DNA of 39,912 bases. Source: an uncultured Pseudomonadales bacterium. Lineage in GTDB: Bacteria > Patescibacteriota > Microgenomatia > UBA1400 > PJMF01. Both the position numbers and the translations under genes were made by a program. The stretch spans positions 1 to 39,912 of the forward strand of contig CAYMSV010000004.1 of NCBI GenBank assembly GCA_964393205.1, given 5' to 3'. Shown piece after piece: positions 24,225 to 33,000 of this stretch. The notes under the pieces were generated by a model. The model did no database searches, was not told where the DNA came from, and saw nothing but the letters and a program-made list of their open reading frames with translations. Position 1 is the first letter of the stretch; each line of letters starts with the position of its first letter.

Positions 24225-25779
24225 ATTACTTAATGAAAAAATAATTAAACAGGTCACAGATGACCGAAAAATGCGAGTCAACTTAACAAGAGAAAGTCTG
24301 CTGTATTTCTCTACAGTTTATTTCCCTCACTACTTTAGCTACGACTTTGCCCAGTTTCAGTTTGAGATGCTTCAACTGGTAGAAGATAGTGATTGCCCAT
24401 TTGGTGTTGTAATCACCTTTCGCGGATCAGGGAAATCCACCTTATTTACTACCATTGCTCCTCTCTGGACCATCATGGGTAACCAAGCAAAAAAACATGT
24501 TGTGATTGTCTGTCAAACTCAAGAACAAGCTCGATCTCACATGGCAAGCATCAAGGCTGAGTTAGAGTCTAATGAATTGCTTCGGGGAGACTTAGGACCA
24601 TTTAAAGAAACCAATGATACTTGGAATGCAATGTCACTTGAGTTTTCAAAATATGAAGCAAAAATTACAGCAGTTTCAATTGACCAAAGCATTCGAGGTT
24701 CTCGGTATAAACAGCACCGACCCGATCTAATTATTTGTGATGACATTGAAGATTCATCTTCAGTGAAAACCAAAGAAGGTCGTAAGCGTATCAAAGAGCT
24801 ATATAGTAGTGAAATCGCTCCTCTGGGTGACTTGAATACCAAAATTGTGATGGTTGGTAACTACTTGCATCCAAACTCACTGTTGGCAACTCTCAGAGAG
24901 TCAATCAGAGCAAAAAAGTTAATGGGCAAGGAACTTTTTATTCCACTAATTAATGACGAGAGACAAATTGCTTGGCCTCAAAAGTTTCCTAATTTAGCCA
25001 GAGTGAAGCAACTGGAAGAGCGTGTAGCAGATATGAGAATCTGGACTCAGGAATATATGCTCAAGATCGTGCCAGAAGAAGATCAACTCATTAAGTATGA
25101 AGATATTCGTTGGTATGACAACTATCCAGCTGGCTGGGAGCCGTATTTCCAGTTTAGAGCGGCTGGAGTGGACTTGGCGATTAGTAAGAATGATAAAGCT
25201 GACTACACGGCAATTGTTTCAGGAGCAGTTTTCAGACATAACAATGAGTACCATATCTTCATAGATCGTAACCCAACTAATGAGAAGTTTAATTTCAGAG
25301 AAACAATTGACTTTCTCATGGACTTCAAAAAAGTCTATCCAGACACACATCTGTTTATCGAAAGTACCAGTTACCAGCAATCTCTAGCTCAACAGCTTTT
25401 GCATGAAGGTATAGATGCTCATGATGTGCAAATCGGTAATTTAAGCAAGCTAGAGCGTTTAGCGGCTGTTGGATATTGGGTACGTCGTGGACAAGTGCAT
25501 TTCCCCAAAGATGGTTCAACTGACTTGGTAAACCAGATGGTTAATTTTGGAGCCGAAAAGCATGATGATCTGGTAGATGCCTTCACTTTACTCTGTTTAC
25601 AGGTGATGGAGTATGCCAAAACAGGAAGTACTCCTAGCTCAATTAGCACTGGTCCTATCAGAGTCAAGTTTGTGAACAATATGTATAGCTGGAGGTCTCT
25701 GGAGCGAGCTTCGGCAAGAAAGTTCGGATCATCAAGGTTTAATGTAAGAAATCTAGAAAATGATCCGTATGGGTGGTAG
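24217..25779 (+). CDS. terminase large subunit
   Basis: Walker A is TFRGSGKST and Walker B is DLIICDDIED. The C-terminal RNase-H-like nuclease half has AAGVDLAISKNDKADYTAIV ... HDDLVDAF. Confidence 0.8.
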   Translation: MNKLLNEKIIKQVTDDRKMRVNLTRESLLYFSTVYFPHYFSYDFAQFQFEMLQLVEDSDCPFGVVITFRGSGKSTLFTTIAPLWTIMGNQAKKHVVIVCQTQEQARSHMASIKAELESNELLRGDLGPFKETNDTWNAMSLEFSKYEAKITAVSIDQSIRGSRYKQHRPDLIICDDIEDSSSVKTKEGRKRIKELYSSEIAPLGDLNTKIVMVGNYLHPNSLLATLRESIRAKKLMGKELFIPLINDERQIAWPQKFPNLARVKQLEERVADMRIWTQEYMLKIVPEEDQLIKYEDIRWYDNYPAGWEPYFQFRAAGVDLAISKNDKADYTAIVSGAVFRHNNEYHIFIDRNPTNEKFNFRETIDFLMDFKKVYPDTHLFIESTSYQQSLAQQLLHEGIDAHDVQIGNLSKLERLAAVGYWVRRGQVHFPKDGSTDLVNQMVNFGAEKHDDLVDAFTLLCLQVMEYAKTGSTPSSISTGPIRVKFVNNMYSWRSLERASARKFGSSRFNVRNLENDPYGW

Positions 25780-25992
25780 CTAAACCAAGTCGCTCAGCTT
25801 AACTTTTATAGCTTTTGCAATCTTCTCCAAGATTTCAAGAGATGGAACATTACGACCTTGCTCAATGTAGCCCATATATGCTCGGCTAATACCGACTTTG
25901 TGGGCTACTTCCTCTTGAGACATTCCAGTCTTCTTGCGATAGCGTTGCACCTTCTTACCCAATACTTTGGGAAGTTTGGCGTTTTTTCTCAT
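25780..25992 (-). CDS. XRE-family HTH repressor
   Basis: TGMSQEEVAHKVGISRAYMGYIEQG. Start moved to the ATG at 25990-25992 (MRKNAKLPK...). Convergent with TerL with no gap. Confidence 0.8.
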   Translation of the reverse strand: MRKNAKLPKVLGKKVQRYRKKTGMSQEEVAHKVGISRAYMGYIEQGRNVPSLEILEKIAKAIKVKLSDLV

Positions 25993-26035
25993 GCTTACAT
26001 TGTTCTGGCATGAGGGTAATTTCACCACTAATTGA

Positions 26036-26081
26036 GAGTTAGCATTTTAGCCTGGTATTGGCCTTGATTTTATGCTAACTC
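26036..26081. promoter_or_regulatory. 10-bp perfect inverted repeat (operator or hairpin) in the divergent XRE/nuclease intergenic region
   Basis: GAGTTAGCAT (26036-26045) and ATGCTAACTC (26072-26081), 26 nt apart. Confidence 0.4.
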
Positions 26082-26117
26082 TAGCTTATCATTTGATCAG
26101 GAAGAAAGAACAAAAAT

Positions 26118-27197
26118 ATGCCAATCATCGTTTCACAAAATGGTAAAAATGCTCAAAAAGTAGATTCAACTCCCTTTGGACTGGAAGACAGATTGCAAGA
26201 ATACATTCTCGATAACCCCAACTCTATTCCTCTGTACGAAATACGAGATGATATCGAGTTAGTACTCCTATCTCGTGAATTCCAGACAAATAGTGGACCA
26301 ATCGACGCAATTGGAGTGGATGCTGAAGGAAATCTCTACTTAATAGAAACAAAGCTCTACAAAAATCCTGATAAAAGAACAGTCGTTGCTCAGGTCATGG
26401 ATTACGGAGCTGCACTTTGGAAACATCTAACCAACTTTGAAGACTTCATGATGATGCTTAACAAGCATTCTCAGAGCAATTTTCAGTGTTCTGCCACTGA
26501 AAAAATTCAAACCTATTTTAATCTTACTGATGAAACTACAGAAAAAGTTCTTGAAAGAATGAGAAATAATCTCGATGAGGGTAAGTTCAAATTTGTCATC
26601 CTCATGGATAGCTTAGATGACAGACTCAAAGATTTAATTCTCTACATCAATCAGAACAGCAAATTTGATATCTACGGAGTAGAACTTGATTATTACAGAC
26701 ACGAATCATTTGAAATCACCATTCCAAAACTATTCGGAGCTGAAGTTAAGAAAAGTATTGGGGCTACTACCAGTGATACTGTAGTTTACACACAAGATGA
26801 CTTAATCTCTGCCTATGCCAGCATAGGTTTTGAAGACAAAATTAGAGAAATACTACAAACCTATGATCAAGTAAATCATGGTAGTTATCCAGTAAAAAAT
26901 GTTACCGCTAATAAATCAGCTAAAAGTATTAATCTGTACTTCAACCTCCCCGCTACTGACTCGTTTAAAGACTTAGCTATTAGCATAGGAGTAATGCGTG
27001 GGAAACCGCTCGATACACTTGATCTATGGTGTTACTCTCCAGAACAACAGGATCAACTGATCGAAGCTATACAAAACGTGCTCAGAATACCTACAACTAA
27101 GCTCGTGCCAGAGTCAAACTATGGTCGAATTGGACAATGGCCTCTGAAAGACTTCTCCCAAGAAAAGCTTCTTCAACTCTTTGAATCACTCGCTTAA
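26118..27197 (+). CDS. PD-(D/E)xK nuclease-like protein (NucS/DUF91-type N-terminal half) with an unknown C-terminal half
   Basis: LEDRLQEYILDNPNSIP...LLSREFQTNSGPIDAIGVDAEGNLYLIETKLYKNPDKRTVVAQVMDY shows the E / D / ExK pattern typical of this family. Confidence 0.45.
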   Translation: MPIIVSQNGKNAQKVDSTPFGLEDRLQEYILDNPNSIPLYEIRDDIELVLLSREFQTNSGPIDAIGVDAEGNLYLIETKLYKNPDKRTVVAQVMDYGAALWKHLTNFEDFMMMLNKHSQSNFQCSATEKIQTYFNLTDETTEKVLERMRNNLDEGKFKFVILMDSLDDRLKDLILYINQNSKFDIYGVELDYYRHESFEITIPKLFGAEVKKSIGATTSDTVVYTQDDLISAYASIGFEDKIREILQTYDQVNHGSYPVKNVTANKSAKSINLYFNLPATDSFKDLAISIGVMRGKPLDTLDLWCYSPEQQDQLIEAIQNVLRIPTTKLVPESNYGRIGQWPLKDFSQEKLLQLFESLA

Positions 27198-27254
27198 CTG
27201 CGGCTAGACTTCCCACCAGATCGCGGTACCTTGTGTCCTAAGAAAGGAAACAAG

Positions 27255-28547
27255 ATGCCAATAAAATACTGCCTCTACGCCCGCAAATCTTCAGAATCTG
27301 ACGAGCGACAAACCATGTCGATTGATTCTCAAATCAAGGAGATGAGAACGCTAGCTGAGCGTGAAGAGCTAAACATAGTTGAGATGAGGCAGGAGAGCCA
27401 TTCTGCAAAGAAATCTGGGAACAGACCAGTATTTGTAAAACTGCTGGATGACATTGATAAAGGATTATTTAATGGAATTCTCACATGGGCACCTGATAGA
27501 TTGAGCCGTAATGCTGGAGATCTAGGATCACTTGTAGATTTAATGGATCAAGGCAAACTGCATGAGATTAAAACATACTCTCAAAGCTTCAAGAACAATC
27601 CGAACGAAAAATTCCTACTCATGATTCTCTGCTCACAAGCAAAGCTGGAAAATGATAACAGAGGCATTAATGTTAAACGAGGACTTAAGGCAAAATGTGA
27701 AATGGGGATTCGCCCAGGAGTTGCCCCACTTGGATATCAAAACGTTCTGAACAATAACAGAATTAGTGAAGTAATTCCTGACCCAGAGAAAGCCTGGGTC
27801 GTTCAAGAAATGTACAAGAGAGTAGCTGAAAAAGGACATAGTGGTAGAACCATCAGAAAATGGTTAAAAGAGATTGATTTCAAAACCAAGAATGACAAGC
27901 TATTAGCTCTCAGCAAAATCTATTCCACACTTAAAAACCCTTTTTATTATGGAGAGTTTCAGTATGGAGACGATTGGTATAAAGGTATTCATGAGCCACT
28001 CGTAACAAAGCAACTTTGGGATAAAGTGCAGAAGCAACTACTCACCCCTCCAAAGAAATGGCACAAAAAGAAATTTCCATTCAAGACTCTCTGTGTCTGT
28101 GGATCATGCGGAGGAGGAGTGACAGCTGAGGAAAAATATAAAAAGCTCAAATATGGTGGCTATAATAAACATGTCTATTATCACTGTGGAAGATCTGTTG
28201 ACTATGATTGTGATGAGCCATACATTACTGAAGAAGATCTTATTAAACAACTGCTTGCTCACATCAATGCAGGCAAAGTCAGAATTCATAAAGCTAAAAT
28301 TGCCAAAAAGTTAAAATCAGATATAGAACGATTCCATAGATTGAGATCTGAAGTATTGCATCAAGAATTTTTATCAGGGAATCTTGGAGAAATCGAAACC
28401 TCAGCTGTTAAGTCGAACGATGAAGAAATGGCAATCAATTACATTAAGCATGTACTGAAAACTGGAAGTTCAGATGACCGACGGGAAGCGTTGGGAATGA
28501 TTAAGACGAAGTTTGAACTAACTGCAAAAGAATTAAAGCTTGTCTGA
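27255..28547 (+). CDS. large serine recombinase (integrase)
   Basis: MPIKYCLYARKSSESDERQ is the resolvase catalytic Ser region. A recombinase domain follows, then a Cys-rich zinc ribbon (LCVCGSCGG...YYHCGRS) and a coiled-coil tail. The ATG at 27255 follows AAGGAAA. Confidence 0.85.
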   Translation: MPIKYCLYARKSSESDERQTMSIDSQIKEMRTLAEREELNIVEMRQESHSAKKSGNRPVFVKLLDDIDKGLFNGILTWAPDRLSRNAGDLGSLVDLMDQGKLHEIKTYSQSFKNNPNEKFLLMILCSQAKLENDNRGINVKRGLKAKCEMGIRPGVAPLGYQNVLNNNRISEVIPDPEKAWVVQEMYKRVAEKGHSGRTIRKWLKEIDFKTKNDKLLALSKIYSTLKNPFYYGEFQYGDDWYKGIHEPLVTKQLWDKVQKQLLTPPKKWHKKKFPFKTLCVCGSCGGGVTAEEKYKKLKYGGYNKHVYYHCGRSVDYDCDEPYITEEDLIKQLLAHINAGKVRIHKAKIAKKLKSDIERFHRLRSEVLHQEFLSGNLGEIETSAVKSNDEEMAINYIKHVLKTGSSDDRREALGMIKTKFELTAKELKLV

Positions 28548-29045
28548 CAATGCACTTTTAATTTGTAAAGTTATTTGATTTTGATCATAAAAACCTGCTG
28601 TAGGTATATGCAAAATAGGAATCATTGCCTGAGCAAAAGCATCATTAATGAAGATATCTCTTTGAGATCGTGAACTAACTTTGTGGCTTCCACCGTCTAA
28701 CTCAATTACTAATACTGGAGCAAAATCAGTACGATTACATAACACGAAATCGACATGCTTTTTCGAAATTTTATTAAAAGATGCCCAAAATTTCTTATCA
28801 CTTTTAGGTAAATCAACTTCAATTAAATCGGCCACTCTTACTTTAGGGCAAATGTATAAATCTGGAGAAATCGATTGAATCAACATATCAAAGAACACTT
28901 TTTCTCCTTTGCTCAATAAATAAGGCCCTTTTGATTTGTATCGAAAACCTGATTTTTTAGTAAAAAGTTTATAAAGATAAATAGCTAAACTAGCTAATAA
29001 AAGAATTCCAACCCAAAGGAATAATGTTGTATAGCTTTGATTCAT
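28533..29045 (-). CDS. DUF2726-like protein with an N-terminal TM helix
   Basis: LLSKGEKVFFDML...YICPKVRVADLI...KHVDFVLCNR...PVLVIELDGGSH...RDIFINDAF. Start set at the ATG at 29043-29045 (MNQSYTT...). Its 3' end overlaps the recombinase 3' end by 15 nt. Confidence 0.65.
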   Translation of the reverse strand: MNQSYTTLFLWVGILLLASLAIYLYKLFTKKSGFRYKSKGPYLLSKGEKVFFDMLIQSISPDLYICPKVRVADLIEVDLPKSDKKFWASFNKISKKHVDFVLCNRTDFAPVLVIELDGGSHKVSSRSQRDIFINDAFAQAMIPILHIPTAGFYDQNQITLQIKSALSDKL

Positions 29046-29094
29046 ATTGTCAGTATATGGGAAAAAACAGTCATTAACTAGAGTGATATAACTG

Positions 29095-29120
29095 CAAAAA
29101 AACAGCACTTACACGGCTGT
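29095..29120 (-). terminator. weak terminator-like hairpin downstream of tRNA-Ser
   Basis: The minus strand reads ACAGC-CGTGTAAGT-GCTGT followed by TTTTTTT. The stem is only 5 bp. Confidence 0.3.
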
Positions 29121-29214
29121 TAAACTGAAAAATGTTTAAAATTGGAAAATTTAGCAAGCCCCATCAACCCATTTGACTATATTAGACGGGTCTCCCAGAA
29201 CTTTTCGGTTGTTG

Positions 29215-29299
29215 CGGAAGCGGTGGGATTCGAACCCACGAAACCCAAAAGGGTTCAGGTTTAGCAAACCTGTGCAATTGGCCACTATGCGACGCTTCC
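29215..29299 (-). tRNA. tRNA-Ser (anticodon GCU), type II with a long variable arm
   Basis: Manual cloverleaf: acceptor GGAAGCG/CGCTTCC, D-arm GCA/TGC, anticodon stem CAGGT/ACCTG with loop TTGCTAA, 16-nt variable arm (ACCC-TTTT-GGGT), T-arm GTGGG-TTCGAAT-CCCAC, discriminator G. CCA is not encoded. Confidence 0.9.
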
Positions 29300-29386
29300 T
29301 TATTAAATAGCAAACTCACCAACTCATCAGAAACCCTTGCATTATAACAAAGTTGTTTTTAATTTAATAGCAATTCTCTCTAGAAA

Positions 29387-29809
29387 TTATTTAGCAAAAG
29401 CAATTAAAATTGCGCCAATGCTAATTAAAACAGTCCCGACAATTCCTAGCCAACTTAATTTTTCTCCCAAAAACAAAGCAGCAAAAATAATCCCAATTAC
29501 AATACTCATTTTGTCGATAGGCATTACCTTACTAGCTTCTCCCATTTGCAGAGCTCGAAAATAAAAAAGCCAAGATAAACCGGTGGCAATACCCGACAAT
29601 ATTAAAAAAATCCAAGCAGACTTTGTAACGTTGCCAATTTCTTTATTTAACCCCTGAGCAAAAGCGATTCCCCAGGTAAATATTAAAACAACTGTAGTGC
29701 GAATGGCGGTGGCTAAGTTTGAATTAAGATCTTTGAGGCCAATCTTGGCTAGAATCGAAACTAAAGCAGCAAAAATTGCTGACAAAATTGCAAAAATTAA
29801 CCAAGTCAT
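29387..29809 (-). CDS. single-EamA-domain (DMT superfamily) small membrane transporter
   Basis: 140 aa with four to five hydrophobic helices. N-terminus MTWLIFAILSAIFAALVSILAKIGL is typical of EamA-domain proteins. Confidence 0.65.
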   Translation of the reverse strand: MTWLIFAILSAIFAALVSILAKIGLKDLNSNLATAIRTTVVLIFTWGIAFAQGLNKEIGNVTKSAWIFLILSGIATGLSWLFYFRALQMGEASKVMPIDKMSIVIGIIFAALFLGEKLSWLGIVGTVLISIGAILIAFAK

Positions 29810-30020
29810 ATGAGTCTTTCAAAAGTATTTTTTAGTATTTCAAATAATTTAAATAAAAAGAAGACTAGATCATTATAACAAAGATATTTTACATTCAGCT
29901 TAATAAAAAAAGATTTTTGTGCTATAATCGGCCTCAAGTTAATCTATTTTAATTGTGCAATTTGTGAATTAAATAGATCAATTTTAAAAAATAATTGTAA
30001 TTCTGCCAGCAAAGGGATTT

Positions 30021-33000
30021 ATGCGCATTACACGTCGCTTAAAAAAAATACTGCCTGTATTTTTATTAATTTTACAAATTTTTTTCTCTTTCGCTCCGCT
30101 TACTACTCTCATTCCCACTGCTCGGGCACAAGAAGCAGATCCTCAACCCATTCAAATAGATAGTCAGCTTAAGCTAGATAATTATAGTGGTGATTTTGCT
30201 GTTTATTATGTAGTGGATGGAGAGATTGTGGCTCATCAGGGCAGTAGTGAAGATAATCTCGAACTGTTGTTGGCTAGTATATCCAATGAGGACGTGATAA
30301 AGCATCAGCCAGAACGTTTGGTTTTAAAAACTATTGATCAAAATTTCTATTTATTGGCTGGTGAGGTCGATCAAAGTTATCAAGATGAAAACTTAGAATT
30401 AAGCGATGATGATCAAGATTTTTTATATAATAACTGGCAAGTTGATGGTAAAGAAGCAACTACCACTTGGACTGTTCGTGAAGGTGTAACTTATAAATTT
30501 CCACTCAATGAACAAGTGCAGTTGCGCTTCAATGATTTGCCTAGTGAAACTAGTACCTTAACTATTGAAGAGGTACTTTTATCAGAAGATTTGCAGTTAG
30601 CATTGGGAGCAGTGTCAGAAATTGCCTATGACGTACAAACCGAAATGGAAAATGGTGAGTTTAGTTATGATTTGTATTTACCAAAAAATAGTGAGGATCA
30701 GGAATTAGAGATTAAATACGCTCAAGATTTAGCAGAATTAGAGCAAGAAGCTCAAGTGGTAGAAGCTGAGGTTTCGATCAGTGATGAACAGGTGAAGGTG
30801 GCAAACTTAGATCATATGACGGTGTTTGTGGTGGTGAGTCCATTGCCTGGTGGAATAGCTGAGGGTGAAGCCTGTATAGTTGGTGAAACAAGCGGAGACG
30901 AATGTTATTTGAGTATTCAAGCAGCTATAGATAATGCTAGTGATGGAGACATAATCATGGTAGGCGAGGGCACCTATACAGAAGCTGTGAGCATTAACGT
31001 TCCCAACCTTACCCTCAAATCAATAGAAGGGTGTGATAAAACCTTTATAGACAATCCAAATGTTGGCTCAGAAACCCAGGGAATTGGTGTATTAGCCAAT
31101 ATGGGTGTTGTTACAGTTGATGGATTTACTGTTCAAAATTTTAGAAATGGTATAGCTCAAGGAATGGCAGCTGCTGAGGGTACAGCCTTTATTGTTAAAA
31201 ACAACAAAATAATTCCCGAGAACAATGATACTAACCCTTATTTAAGAAATGGAATCCAAGTCACTGGCGAAGGCTCTGAGGTTATAGGCAACTATGTTGT
31301 TGGTGCTCCACTTACGAGTGCATGGTCTAGTTCTGGTATAGGAGTGGTTAATGCTAAAAACGTTTTAGTTGAAGGAAACACTGTTAATACAGGGGGTGCT
31401 GATATTGGAATCAGTATATTAAATTATAGTGCTGGTTTGGTTGAAAATATTGAAGTTATAGATAACGCCATAATTGGTGCGGGCAACGGAATAAGAGTGC
31501 ATTCCTCAACACAAGATAAAAGAATTAAAAATGTAGAGATAATAGATAACTATTTAGACAATAATGGTAGAGGAGTAAATGTTCAGATTGTGACTTTAGA
31601 AGATATGGAGATTTCAAATAATGATGTTCTTAACAATATTGGTCAAGGTATTAGATTTTCTTATTCAGCTACTCTCAGTGGTTTAATTCAGGTTAATAAT
31701 AATTCCATACATGGAAACGCTACCCATAGGGTTATCAATAGCAGCACTTATATTATTGATGCTACTTCAAATTGGTGGGGTGATAATTCTGGACCGCACG
31801 ATGAATGGGACGATGGAAGTAAACCTAATTTAAATGAAAATGCTTCTGGAGATAGCGTACAAGGTCTCGTCGATTACAGAAACTGGGTTGGTAGTGAAAC
31901 TTTTGAAATAAATGTAGAGGTTAATGAAACTGAAGTAAATGGGAATTATTATATACAATCAGAAATAGACAGGTATTTAGATTTTTCTATCACGAGTGAC
32001 TCGCCCATATATGGACAAATTATTAAAGCTGGCCTTTGGAATTATGATCCAGGTACAGGAAGTAGAACAAACCCAAGATATATAGGATGGATAGACTATG
32101 ACGCTGATGGGGTAATAGTAAATGAAAATATTTCATGGGAAATGGTTTCTACAAACTGGATTGGTAATAATGCTCCAGGAACTCAAATTAATGATGGAGA
32201 ATATCTTCTTTGGGTTGAGAGACATTGGGATGGTGGAGGATATATTAATGGTTCTACCATAACCAAAAAAGTGGTTCTTGATAATACAGCTCCAATCGTA
32301 GAAATAACTTCCGTAAATACTGGAGAGTTTTATAATGGTTCTGTAGATTTTAGAGGAACAGGTATTGATGCAAATCCAGAATCATACAGACTTCTTTTAA
32401 GATATATGAGTGATGATGGTTCTAAGCCAACCGTTTTCAATTCTGGATGGGTTTCAATAGACAATAGTTTTACGGATGAAAGTCTTTATTTATGGGACTC
32501 TACTACAAGTCGGTTTGATGATGGAGTGTATAGAGTAAGATTGGATGTTAGAGATAAAGCTGGAAATTGGAAGCATGATTTAAAAGATATTAAAATCGAC
32601 AACACCGCCCCACAAGGCTCAATCGATTCTATATATTATTCTGGTCCCAACAAATCTAAAGACTATTTTATCACCAATGATAACAAACCAGTTTTTGAAG
32701 GAACTTGTTCAGATAATAATGGTTTACAAGAAGTTACTTTAGAAGTTAGTCGTCAAGTTCAGACGATTAATTGTGAGACTGACAATACTTGGCGTTCAGC
32801 ACCATTATCATCGGCGCTGACAGACGGAGACTATTTAGTTACATTAACTTTGACAGATTTAGCTGGTAATGTAACTAATAAAACTCAGGAATTAAGAATA
32901 GATACTACTACTCCTAATGCTGTTCACACCTACTATAAAAATGGTGAAGTTATATTGGGAGGATCTGAGGTATATGCACAAAGCACTGGTCAATTAACTT

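Larger units (their letters stand above)
21598..29094. mobile_element. phage-derived integrated element (satellite-like or prophage remnant) beside tRNA-Ser; boundaries approximate
   Basis: It contains ParB-methylase, a methylase, TerS, TerL, an XRE repressor, a nuclease and a large serine recombinase, and is GC-richer than its neighbours in spot counts. It abuts the 3' side of tRNA-Ser. I found no portal, capsid or tail genes and no att repeats. Confidence 0.5.
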
